From: Eledone cirrhosa
Lineage: Eukaryota
Assembly (NCBI GenBank): GCA_964016885.1
Contig: OZ024743.1
Span: 306,032,001-306,096,000 of the forward strand
Length of the DNA: 64,000 nucleotides
Reading direction: 5' to 3'
The notes under the pieces: model-generated
What the model saw: only the letters and a program-made list of their open reading frames with translations
Database searches by the model: none
Told to the model about the DNA's origin: nothing
In this document: positions 45,601 to 58,400 of the stretch, piece by piece
How the letters are laid out: each line of letters starts with the position of its first letter
How positions within the stretch are numbered: the first letter of the stretch is position 1
Position numbers and translations under genes: made by a program

Positions 45601-48600
45601 ACCACCTTACCATTGGTATTAAAGGTAGCTGATGGTATTGTGAGAATATATGGTAGATCTACCACCTTACCATTGGTATTAAAGATAGCTGATGGTAATG
45701 TGAGAATGTATGGCAGATCTCCCACCTTACCATTGGTATTAAGGGTAGCTGGTGGTAGTGTGATATGTATTGTAGATCTAACACCTTACCAATGGTATTA
45801 AGATTAGCTGATGGTAATGTGAGAATGTATGGTAGATATGCCACCTTACCATTGGTATTCAGGTTAGCTGATGGTAGTGTGATATGTATGGTAGATCTAC
45901 CACCTTACCATTGGTATTAAGGGTAGCTGATGGTAATGTGAGAATGTATGCTAGATCTACCACCTTACCATTGGTATTAAAGGTAGCTGATGGTAGTGTG
46001 ATATGTATGGTAGATCTACCACCTTATCATTGGTATTAAGGTTAGCTGATGGTAATGTGAGAATGTATGGTAGATCTACCACCTTACCATTGGTATTAAA
46101 GGTAGCTGATGGTAGTGTGATATGTATGGTAGATCTACCAATTTACCATTGGTATTAAGGTTAGATGATGGTAATGTGAGAATGTATGGTAGATCTACCA
46201 CCTTACCATTGGTATTAAACGTAGCTGATGGTAGTATGTTATGCATGGTAGATCTACCACCTTACCATTGGTATTAAAATTAGCTGATGGTAATGTGAGA
46301 ATGTATGGTAGATATGCCACCTTACCATTGGAATTCAGGTTAGCTGATGGTAATGTGAGAATGTATGGTAGATCTCCCACCTTACCATTGGCATTAAGGG
46401 TAGCTGATGGTAATGTGAGAATGTATGGTAGATCTACCACCTTACCATTGGTATTAAGGTTAGCTGATGGTAGTGTGATATGTATGGTAGATCTACCACC
46501 TTACCATTGGTATTAAGATTATCTGATGGTAATGTCATAATGTATGGTAGATATGCCACCTTACCATTGGTATTAAGGGTAGTTGATGGTAGTGTGATAT
46601 GTATGGTAGATCTACCAACTTATCATTGGTATTAAGGTTAGCTTATGGTAATGTGAGAATGTATGGTTGATCTCCCACCTTATCATTGGTATTAAGGTTA
46701 GCTGATGGTAACGTGAGAATGTATGGTAGATGTCCCACCTTATCATTGGTATTAAGGTTAGCTGATGGTAATGTGAGAATGTATGGTAGATCTACCACCT
46801 TATCATTGGTATTAAGGTTAGCTGATGGTATTGTGAGAATGTATGGTAGATCTCCCACCTTACCATTGGTATTAAGGGTAGTTGATGGTAGTGTGATATG
46901 TATGGTAGATCTACCACCTTACCATTGGTATTAAGGGTAGCTAATGGTAATGTGAGAATGTATGGTAGATCTCCCACCTTACCATTGGTATTAAGAGTAG
47001 TTGCTTGTAGTGTGATATGTATGCTAGATCTAACACCTTACCATTGGTATTAAGGGTAGTTGATGGTAGTGTGATATGTATGGTAGATCTACCAATTTAC
47101 CATTGGTATTAAGGTTAGATGATGGTAATGTGAGAATGTATGGTAGATCTACCACCTTACCATTGGTATTAAACGTAGCTGATGGTAGTGTGTTATGCAT
47201 GGTAGATCTACCACCTTACCATTGGTATTAAAATTAGCTGATGGTAATGTGAGAATGTATGGTAGATATGCCACCTTACCATTGGAATTCAGGTTAGCTG
47301 ATGGTAATGTGAGAATGTATGGTAGATCTCCCACCTTACCATTGGTATTAAGGGTAGCTGATGGTAGTGTCATATGTATGGTAGATCTACCACCTTACCA
47401 TTGGTAGTAAGGGTAGTTGATGGTAGTGTGATATGTATGGTAGATCTACCACCTTACCATTGGTATTAAACGTAGCTGATGGTAGTGTGATATGCGTGGT
47501 AGATATACCACCTTACCATTGGTATTAAAATTAGCTGATGGTAATGTGAGAATGTATGGTAGATATGCCACCTTACCATTGGAATTCAGGTTAGCTGATG
47601 GTAATGTGAGAATGTATGGTAGATCTCCCACCTTACCATTGGTATTAAGGGTAGCTGATGGTAATGTGAGAATGTATGGTAGATCTACCACCTTACCATT
47701 GTTATTAAGGTTAGCTGACGGTAGTGTGATAGGTATGGTAGATCTACCACCTTACCATTGGTATTAAGATTATCTGATGGTAATGTCATAATGTATGGTA
47801 GATATGCCACCTTACCATTGGTATTAAGGGTAGTTGATGGTAGTGTGATATGTATGGTAGATCTACCAACTTATCATTGGTATTAAGGTTAGCTGATGGT
47901 AATGTGAGAATGTATGGTAGATCTCCCACCTTATCATTGGTATTAAGGTTAGCTGATGTTAATGTGAGAATGTATGGCAGATCTCCCCCCATATCTTTGG
48001 TATTAAGGTTAGCTGATGGTAATGTGAGAATGTATGGTAGATCTACCACCTTATCATTGGTATTAAGGTTAGCTGATGGTAATGTGAGAATGTATGGTAG
48101 ATCTACCACCTTATCATTGGTATTAAGGTTAGCTGATGGTAGTGTGATATGTATGGTAGAACTACCACCTTACCATTGGTATTAAGATTAGCTGATGGTA
48201 ATGTGAGAATGTATGGAAGATATGCCACCTTACCATTGGTATTAAGGGTAGTTGATGGTAGTGTGATATGTATGCTAGATCTACCACCTTACCATTGGTA
48301 TTAAGGGTAGTTGATGGTAGTATGATATGTATGGTAGATCTCCCACCTTACCATTGGTATTAAGGGTAGCTGATGGTAATGTGAGAATGTATGGTAGATC
48401 TAACACCTTACCATTGGTATTAAGGCTAGCTGATGGTAGTGTGATATGTATGGTAGATCTACAACCTTACCATTGGTATTAAGGGTAGCTGATGGTAGTG
48501 TGATATGTATGGTAGAACTACCACCTTACCATTGGTATTAAGATTAGCTGATGGTAATGTGAGAATGTATGGAAGATATGCCACCTTACCATTGGTATTA

Positions 48601-49985
48601 AGGGTAGCTGATGGTAATGTGACAATGTATGGTAGATATGCCACCTTACCATTGGTATTAAGGGTAGCTGATGGTAGTGTGATATGTATGGTAGATCTAC
48701 CACCTTATCATTGGTATTAAGGTTAGCTAATGGTAATGTGAGAATGTATGGTAGATCTCCCACCTTACCATTGGTATTAAGGGTAGCTGATGGTAATGTG
48801 AGAATGTATGGTAGATCTCCCACCTTACCATTGGTATTAAAGGTAGCTGATGGTAGTGTGAGAATGTATGGTAGATCTCCCACCTTATCATTGATATTAA
48901 GGTTAGCTGAGGGTAGTGTGATATGTATGGTACATCTCCCAACTTACCATTGGTATTAGGGGTAGCTAATGTTATTGTGAGAATGTATGGTAGATCTACC
49001 ACCTTACCATTGGTATTAAAGGTAGCTGATGGTAATGTATGGTAGATCTACCAACTTACGATTGTTATTAAAGGTAGCTGATGGTAGTGTGTGAATTTAT
49101 GGTAGATCTACCACCTTACCATTGGTATTAAGGTTAGCTAATGGTAATGTGAGATTGTATGGTAGATCTCTCAACTTACCATTAGTATTAAGGGTAGCTG
49201 ATGGTATTGTCATATGTATGGTAGATATACCAACATACCATTGGTATTAAGGTTAGCTGATGGTAATATGAGAATGTATGGTAGATCTCCCACCTTACCA
49301 TTGGTATTAAGGGTAGCTGATGGTAATGTGAGAATATATGGTAGACCTACCACCTTACCATTGGTATTAAAGGTAGCTGATGGTAATGTGAGAATGTATG
49401 GTAGATCTGCCACCTTACTCTTGGTATTAAGGGTAGCTGATGGTAGTGTGATATGTATGGTATATCTACCACCTTACCATTGGTATTAAAGGTAGCTGAT
49501 GGTATTGTGAGAATATATGGTAGATCTACCACCTTACCATTGGTATTAAAGATAGCTGATGGTAATGTGAGAATGTATGGCAGATCTCCCACCTTACCAT
49601 TGGTATTAAGGGTAGCTGGTGGTAGTGTGATATGTATTGTAGATCTAACACCTTACCAATGGTATTAAGATTAGCTGATGGTAATGTGAGAATGTATGGT
49701 AGATATGCCACCTTACCATTGGTATTCAGGTTAGCTGATGGTAGTGTGATATGTATGGTAGATCTACCACCTTACCATTGGTATTAAGGGTAGCTGATGG
49801 TAATGTGAGAATGTATGCTAGATCTACCACCTTACCATTGGTATTAAAGGTAGCTGATGGTAGTGTGATATGTATGGTAGATCTACCACCTTATCATTGG
49901 TATTAAGGTTAGCTGATGGTAATGTGAGAATGTATGGTAGATCTACCACCTTACCATTGGTATTAAAGGTAGCTGATGGTAGTGT

Positions 49986-49999
49986 GATATGTATGGTAG
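49986..49999 (+). repeat. Left target-site duplication of the SINE (GATATGTATGGTAG)
   Basis: Identical to 50185-50198; present only once at the paralogous empty site 46119-46132. Confidence 0.95.
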
Positions 50000-50009
50000 G
50001 GTGGTGGAT

Positions 50010-50021
50010 TGGCAGTATCGG
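50010..50021 (+). promoter_or_regulatory. RNA polymerase III internal promoter A box (putative)
   Basis: TGGCAGTATCGG lies 10 nt from the element 5' end and approximates the TRGCNNARYNNG A-box pattern in the expected position. Confidence 0.65.
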
Positions 50022-50074
50022 TAGAGAGTCGGACACCATGCTTTCCAGCATAGTTACGTCCCTTTACGATCTGA

Positions 50075-50084
50075 GTTCAAATCC
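50075..50084 (+). promoter_or_regulatory. RNA polymerase III internal promoter B box
   Basis: GTTCAAATCC matches the GTTCRANNC consensus, 53 nt downstream of the A box. Confidence 0.8.
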
Positions 50085-50184
50085 CGCCGAGGTTGACTTT
50101 GCCTTTCATCCTTACGGGGTCGATAAAATAAAGTACCAGTAATGCACTGGGTAATTTGCTGGCCTTGTGCCTAAAGTAGAAACA

Positions 50185-50198
50185 GATATGTATGGTAG
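50185..50198 (+). repeat. Right target-site duplication of the SINE (GATATGTATGGTAG)
   Basis: Identical to 49986-49999; the satellite then resumes in register with ATCTACCAATTTACC, as at the empty site. Confidence 0.95.
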
Positions 50199-53100
50199 AT
50201 CTACCAATTTACCATTGGTATTAAGGTTAGATGATGGTAATGTGAGAATGTATGGTAGATCTACCACCTTACCATTGGTATTAAACGTAGCTGATGGTAG
50301 TATGTTATGCATGGTAGATCTACCACCTTACCATTGGTATTAAAATTAGCTGATGGTAATGTGAGAATGTATGGTAGATATGCCACCTTACCATTGGAAT
50401 TCAGGTTAGCTGATGGTAATGTGAGAATGTATGGTAGATCTCCCACCTTACCATTGGCATTAAGGGTAGCTGATGGTAATGTGAGAATGTATGGTAGATC
50501 TACCACCTTACCATTGGTATTAAGGTTAGCTGATGGTAGTGTGATATGTATGGTAGATCTACCACCTTACCATTGGTATTAAGATTATCTGATGGTAATG
50601 TCATAATGTATGGTAGATATGCCACCTTACCATTGGTATTAAGGGTAGTTGATGGTAGTGTGATATGTATGGTAGATCTACCAACTTATCATTGGTATTA
50701 AGGTTAGCTTATGGTAATGTGAGAATGTATGGTTGATCTCCCACCTTATCATTGGTATTAAGGTTAGCTGATGGTAACGTGAGAATGTATGGTAGATGTC
50801 CCACCTTATCATTGGTATTAAGGTTAGCTGATGGTAATGTGAGAATGTATGGTAGATCTACCACCTTATCATTGGTATTAAGGTTAGCTGATGGTAATGT
50901 GAGAATGTATGGTAGATCTCCCACCTTACCATTGGTATTAAGGGTAGTTGATGGTAGTGTGATATGTATGGTAGATCTACCACCTTACCATTGGTATTAA
51001 GGGTAGCTAATGGTAATGTGAGAATGTATGGTAGATCTCCCACCTTACCATTGGTATTAAGAGTAGTTGCTTGTAGTGTGATATGTATGCTAGATCTAAC
51101 ACCTTACCATTGGTATTAAGGGTAGTTGATGGTAGTGTGATATGTATGGTAGATCTACCACCTTACCATTGGTATTAAGGGTATCTGATGGTAATGTGAG
51201 AATGTATGGTAGATCTACCACCTTACCATTGGTATTAAGGTTAGCTGATGGTAGTGTGATATGTATGGTAGATCTACCACCTTACCATTGGTATTAAGTC
51301 TAGCTGATGTTAATGTGAGAATATATGGTAGATCTACCTCCTTACAATTGGTATTAAAGGTAGCTGATGGTAGTGTGATATGTATGGTAGAACTACCACC
51401 TTACCATTGGTATTAAGATTAGCTGATGGTAATGTGAGAATGTATGGAAGATATGCCACCTTACCATTGGTATTAAGGGTAGCTGATGGTAATGTGACAA
51501 TGTATGGTAGATATGCCACCTTACCATTGGTATTAAGGGTAGCTGATGGTAGTGTGATATGTATGGTAGATCCTCCACCTTATCATTGGTATTAAGGTTA
51601 GCTGATGGTAGTGTGATATGTATGGTAGATCTACCACCTTACCATTGGTATTAAGGGTAGCTGATGGTAATGTGAGAATGTATTGTAGATCTACCTCCAT
51701 ACAATTGGTATTAAAGGTAGCTGATGGTAGTCTGAGAATGTATGTATTGTAGATCTCCCACCTTACCATTGGTATTAAGGGTAGCTAATGGTAGTGTGAT
51801 ATGTATGGTATATCTACCACCTTACCATTGGTATTAAAGGTAGCTGATGGTATTGTGAGAATGTATGGTAGATCTGCCCCCTTACCATTGGTATTAAGAG
51901 TAGCTGATGGTAGTGTGATATGCATGGTAGATCTACCACTTTATCATTGGTATTAAGGTTAGCTGATGGTAATGTGAGAATGTATGGTAGATCTACCACC
52001 TTACCATTGGTATTAAGGGTAGCTAATGGTAATGTGAGAATGTGTGGTAGATCTCCCAACTTACCATTGGTATTAAGGGTAGCTGAAGGTAGTGTGATAT
52101 GTATGGTAGATCTACCACCTTACCATTGGTATTAAGGGTAGCTGATGGTAGTGTGATATGTATGGTAGAACTACCACCTTACCATTGGTATTAAGATTAG
52201 CTGATGGTAATGTGAGAATGTATGGAAGATATGCCACCTTACCATTGGTATTAAGGATAGCGGATGGTAGTGTGACATGTATGGTAGATCCTCCACCTTA
52301 CCATTGGTATTAAGGGTAGCTGATGGTATTGTGAGAATGTACGCTAGATCTACAACCTTACCATTGGTATTAAGGGTAGCTAATGGTAATGTGAGAATGT
52401 ATGGTAGATCGACCACCTTACTATTGGTATTCAGGTTAGCTGATGGTAGTGTGATATGTATGGTAGATCTACCACCTTACCATTGGTATTAAGATTAGCT
52501 GATGGTAATGTGAGAATGTATGGAAGATATGCCACCTTACCATTGGTATTAAGGGTAGCTGATGGTAATGTGACAATGTATGGTAGATATGCCACCTTAC
52601 CATGGTATTAAGGGTAGCTGATGGTAGTGTGATATGTATGGTAGATCCTCCACCTTATCATTGTTATTAAGGTTAGCTGATGGTAGTGTGATATGTATGT
52701 TAGATCTACCACCTTACCATTGGTATTAAGGGTAGCTAATGGTAATGTGAGAATATATGGTAGCTCTCCCACCTTACCATTGGTATTAAGGGTAGCTGAT
52801 GGTAGTGTGATATGTATGGTAGATCTACCACCTTACAATTGGTATTAAGGGTAGCTAATGGTGATGTGAGAATGTATGGTAGATCTACCACATTACCATT
52901 GGTATTAAGGTTAGCTGATGGTAATGTGAGAATGTATGGTAGATCTACCTCTTTACAATTGGTATTAAAGGTAGCTGATGGTAGTGTGATATGTATGGTA
53001 GAACTACCACCTTACCATTGGTATTAAGATTAGCTGATGGTAATGTGAGAATGTATGGAAGATATGCCACCTTACCATTGGTATTAAGGGTAGCTGATGG

Positions 53101-55466
53101 TAATGTGACAATGTATGGTAGATATGCTACCTTACCATTGGTATTAAGGGTAGCTGATGGTAGTGTGATATGTATGGTAGATCCTCCACCTTATCATTGG
53201 TATTAAGGTTAGCTGATGGTAGTGTGATATGTATGGTAGATCTACCACCTTACCATTGGTATTAAGGGTAGCTGATGGTAATGTGAGAATGTATTGTAGA
53301 TCTACCTCCTTACAATTGGTATTAAAGGTAGCTGATGGTAGTCTGAGAATGTATGTATTGTAGATCTCCCACCTTACCATTGGTATTAAGGGTAGCTAAT
53401 GTTAGTGTGATATGTATGGTATATCTACCACCTTACCATTGGTATTAAAGGTAGCTGATGGTATTGTGAGAATGTATGGTAGATCTGCCCCCTTACCATT
53501 GGTATTAAGAGTAGCTGATGGTAGTGTGAGAATGTATGGTAGATCTCCCACCTTACCTTTGGTATTAAGGTTAGCTGATGGTAATGTGAGAATGTATGGT
53601 AGATCTACCAACTTACCATTGGTATTAAGGGTAGCTGATGGTAGTGTGATATGCATGGTAGATCTACCACCTTACCATTGGTATTAAGGGTAGCTAATGG
53701 TAATGTGAGAATGTGTGGTAGATCTCCCACCTTACCATTGGTATTAAGGGTAGCTGATGGTAGTGTGATATGTATGGTAGATCTACCACCTTACCATTGG
53801 TATTAAGGTTAGCTGATGGTAGTGTGAGAATGTATGGTAGATCTCCCACCTTACCATTGTTATTAAGGTTAGCTGATGGTAATGTGAGAATGTATGGTAG
53901 ATCTACCACCTTACCATTGGTATTAAGGGTAGCTAATGGTAATGTGAGAATGTGTGGTAGATCTCCCACCTTACCATTGGTATTAAGGGTAGCTGATGGT
54001 AGTGTGATATGTATGGTAGATCTACCATCTTACCATTGGTATTAAGGGTAGCTGATGGTAGTGTGATATGTATGGTAGAACTACCACCTTACCATTGTTA
54101 TTAAGATTAGCTGATAGTAATGTGAGAATGTATGGAAGATATGCCACCTTACCATTGGTATTAAGGATAGCGGATGGTAGTGTGACATGTATGGTAGATC
54201 CTCCACCTTATCATTGGTATTAAGATTAGCTGATGGTAATGTGAGAATGTATGGAAGATATGCCACCTTACCATTGGTATTAAGGGTAGCGGATGGTAGT
54301 GTGTTATGCATGGTAGATATACCACCTTACCATTGGTATTAAGGGTAGCTGATGAAAATGTGAGAATGTATGGTAGATCTCCCACCTTACCATTGGTATT
54401 AAGGGTAGCTGATGGTATTGTGAGAATGTATGCTAGATCTACAACCTTACCATTGGTATTAAGGGTAGCTAATGGTAATGTGAGAATGTATGGTAGATCG
54501 ACCACCTTACTATTGGTATTCAGGTTAGCTGATGGTAGTGTGATATGTATGGTAGATCTACCACCTTACCATTGGTATTAAGATTAGCTGATGGTAATGT
54601 GAGAATGTATGGAAGATATGCCACCTTACCATTGGTATTAAGGGTAGCTGATGGTAATGTGACAATGTATGGTAGATATGCCACCTTACCATGGTATTAA
54701 GGGTAGCTAATGGTAGTGTGATATGTATGGTAGATCCTCCACCTTGTCATTGTTATTAAGGTTAGCTGATGGTAGTGTGATATGTATGTTAGATCTACCA
54801 CCTTACCATTGGTATTAAGGGTAGCTAATGGTAATGTGAGAATATATGGTAGCTCTCCCACCTTACCATTGGTATTAAGGGTAGCTGATGGTAGTGTGAT
54901 ATGTATGGTAGATCTACCACCTTACAATTGGTATTAAGGTTAGCTGATGGTAATGTGAGAATGTATGGTAGATCTACCTCCTTACAATTGGTATTAAAGG
55001 TAGCTGATGGTAGTGTGATATGTATGGTAGAACTACCACCTTACCATTGGTATTAAGATTAGCTGATGGTAATGTGAGAATGTATGGAAGATATGCCACC
55101 TTACCATTGGTATTAAGGGTAGCTGATGGTAGTGTGATATGTATGGTAGATCCTCCACCTTATCATTGGTATTAAGGTTAGCTGATGGTAGTGTGATATG
55201 TATGGTAGATCTACCACCTTACCATTGGTATTAAGGGTAGCTGATGGTAGTCTGAGAATGTATGTATTGTAGATCTCCCACCTTACCATTGGTATTAAGG
55301 GTAGCTAATGGTAGTGTGATATGTATGGTATATCTACCACCTTACCATTGGTATTAAAGGTAGCTGATGGTATTGTGAGAATGTATGGTAGATCTGCCCC
55401 CTTACCATTGGTATTAAGAGTAGCTGATGGTAGTGTGAGAATGTATGGTAGATCTCCCACCTTACA

Positions 55467-58400
55467 ATTGGTATTAAGGTTAGCTGATGGTAATGTGAGA
55501 ATGTATGGTAGATCTACCAACTTACCATTGGTATTAAAGGTAGCTGATGGTAGTGTGATATGTATGGTAAATCTACCACCTTACCATTGGTATTAAGATT
55601 AGCTGATGGTAATGTGAGAATGTATGGTAGATATGCCACCTTACCATTGGTATTAAGGGTAGCTGATGGTAGTGTGATATACATGGTAGATCTACCACCT
55701 TATCATTGGTATTAAGGTTAGCTGATGGTAATGTGAGAATGTATGGTAGATCTACCACCTTACCATTGGTGTTAAGGGTAGCTAATGGTAATGTGAGAAT
55801 GTATGGTAGATCTCCCACCTTACCATTGGTATTAAGGGTAGCTGATTGTAGTGTGATATGTATGGTAGATCTACCACCTTACCATTGGTATTACGGGTAG
55901 CTGATGGTAGTGTGATATGTATGGTAGAACTACCACCTTACCATTGGTATTAAGATTAGCTGATGGTAATGTGAGAATGTATGGAAGATATGCCACCTTA
56001 CCATTGGTATTAAGGGTAGCGGATGGTAGTGTGATATGTATGGTAGATCCTCCACCTTATCATTGGTATTAAGGTTAGCTGATGGTAGTGTGTTATGTAT
56101 GGTAGATCTACCACCTTACCATTGGTATTAAGGGAAGCTGATGAAAATGTGAGAATGTATGGTAGATCTCCCACCTTACCATTGGTATTAAGGGTAGCTG
56201 ATGGTATTGTGAGAATATATGCTAGATCTACAATCTTACCATTGGTATTAAGGGTAGCTAATGGTAATGTGATATGTATGGTAGAACTACCACCTTACCA
56301 TTGGTATTAAGATTAGCTGATGGTAATGTGAGAATGTATGGAAGATATGCCACCTTACCATTGGTATTAAGGGTAGCTGATGGTAATGTGACAATGTATG
56401 GTAGATATGCCACCTTACCATTGGTATTAAGGGTAGCTGATGGTAGTGTGATATGTATGGTAGATCTACCACCTTATCATTGGTATTAAGGTTAGCTAAT
56501 GGTAATGTGAGAATGTATGGTAGATCTCCCACCTTACCATTGGTATTAAGGGTAGCTGATGGTAATGTGAGAATGTATGGTAGATCTCCCACCTTACCAT
56601 TGGTATTAAAGGTAGCTGATGGTAGTGTGAGAATGTATGGTAGATCTCCCACCTTATCATTGATATTAAGGTTAGCTGAGGGTAGTGTGATATGTATGGT
56701 ACATCTCCCAACTTACCATTGGTATTAGGGGTAGCTAATGTTATTGTGAGAATGTATGGTAGATCTACCACCTTACCATTGGTATTAAAGGTAGCTGATG
56801 GTAATGTATGGTAGATCTACCAACTTACCATTGTTATTAAAGGTAGCTGATGGTAGTGTGTGAATTTATGGTAGATCTACCACCTTACCATTGGTATTAA
56901 GGTTAGCTAATGGTAATGTGAGATTGTATGGTAGATCTCTCAACTTACCATTAGTATTAAGGGTAGCTGATGGTATTGTCATATGTATGGTAGATATACC
57001 AACATACCATTGGTATTAAGGTTAGCTGATGGTAATATGAGAATGTATGGTAGATCTCCCACCTTACCATTGGTATTAAGGGTAGCTGATGGTAATGTGA
57101 GAATATATGGTAGACCTACCACCTTACCATTGGTATTAAAGGTAGCTGATGGTAATGTGAGAATGTATGGTAGATCTGCCACCTTACTATTGGTATTAAG
57201 GGTAGCTGATGGTAGTGTGATATGTATGGTATATCTACCACCTTACCATTGGTATTAAAGGTAGCTGATGGTATTGTGAGAATATATGGTAGATCTACCA
57301 CCTTACCATTGGTATTAAAGATAGCTGATGGTAATGTGAGAATGTATGGCAGATCTCCCACCTTACCATTGGTATTAAGGGTAGCTGGTGGTAGTGTGAT
57401 ATGTATTGTAGATCTAACACCTTACCAATGGTATTAAGATTAGCTGATGGTAATGTGAGAATGTATGGTAGATATGCCACCTTACCATTGGTATTCAGGT
57501 TAGCTGATGGTAGTGTGATATGTATGGTAGATCTACCACCTTACCATTGGTATTAAGGGTAGCTGATGGTAATGTGAGAATGTATGCTAGATCTACCACC
57601 TTACCATTGGTATTAAAGGTAGCTGATGGTAGTGTGATATGTATGGTAGATCTACCACCTTATCATTGGTATTAAGGTTAGCTGATGGTAATGTGAGAAT
57701 GTATGGTAGATCTACCACCTTACCATTGGTATTAAAGGTAGCTGATGGTAGTGTGATATGTATGGTAGATCTACCAATTTACCATTGGTATTAAGGTTAG
57801 ATGATGGTAATGTGAGAATGTATGGTAGATCTACCACCTTACCATTGGTATTAAACGTAGCTGATGGTAGTGTGTTATGCATGGTAGATCTACCACCTTA
57901 CCATTGGTATTAAAATTAGCTGATGGTAATGTGAGAATGTATGGTAGATATGCCACCTTACCATTGGAATTCAGGTTAGCTGATGGTAATGTGAGAATGT
58001 ATGGTAGATCTCCCACCTTACCATTGGCATTAAGGGTAGCTGATGGTAATGTGAGAATGTATGGTAGATCTACCACCTTACCATTGGTATTAAGGTTAGC
58101 TGATGGTAGTGTGATATGTATGGTAGATCTACCACCTTACCATTGGTATTAAGATTATCTGATGGTAATGTCATAATGTATGGTAGATATGCCACCTTAC
58201 CATTGGTATTAAGGGTAGTTGATGATAGTGTGATATGTATGGTAGATCTACCAACTTATCATTGGTATTAAGGTTAGCTTATGGTAATGTGAGAATGTAT
58301 GGTTGATCTCCCACCTTATCATTGGTATTAAGGTTAGCTGATGGTAACGTGAGAATGTATGGTAGATGTCCCACCTTATCATTGGTATTAAGGTTAGCTG

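Larger units (their letters stand above)
50000..50184 (+). mobile_element. tRNA-derived SINE, 185 bp, 5'-intact (tRNA-like head, central domain, short 3' tail without poly-A)
   Basis: This is the only unique sequence in the window. It is flanked by an exact 14-bp direct repeat and carries an A-box-like TGGCAGTATCGG and a B-box GTTCAAATCC. The central GCCGAGGTTGACTTTGCCTTTCATCCTTACGGGGTCGATAAAATAAAGTACCAG and terminal GGCCTTGTGCCTAAAGTAGAAA resemble, from memory, abundant octopus SINEs (family name not verified). The offset between paralogous blocks jumps by exactly 199 bp (185+14) across it. Confidence 0.93.
43194..51160. repeat. Tandem duplication, period 3867 bp (~65 monomers); the second copy carries the SINE
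   Basis: ORF offset is 3867 (43282->47149, 45659->49526) and becomes 4066 after the SINE (46195->50261, 46792->50858). Confidence 0.93.

Noticed and set aside
50000-50090. Functional tRNA gene
   Set aside because: A and B boxes are present, but I cannot build a convincing cloverleaf. The sequence continues into a SINE body and is bounded by a TSD.
49824-50312. ORFs with non-repetitive peptide (49870-50142 +, 49824-50051 -, 50112-50312 -)
   Set aside because: These are chance read-throughs from satellite into the non-coding SINE.
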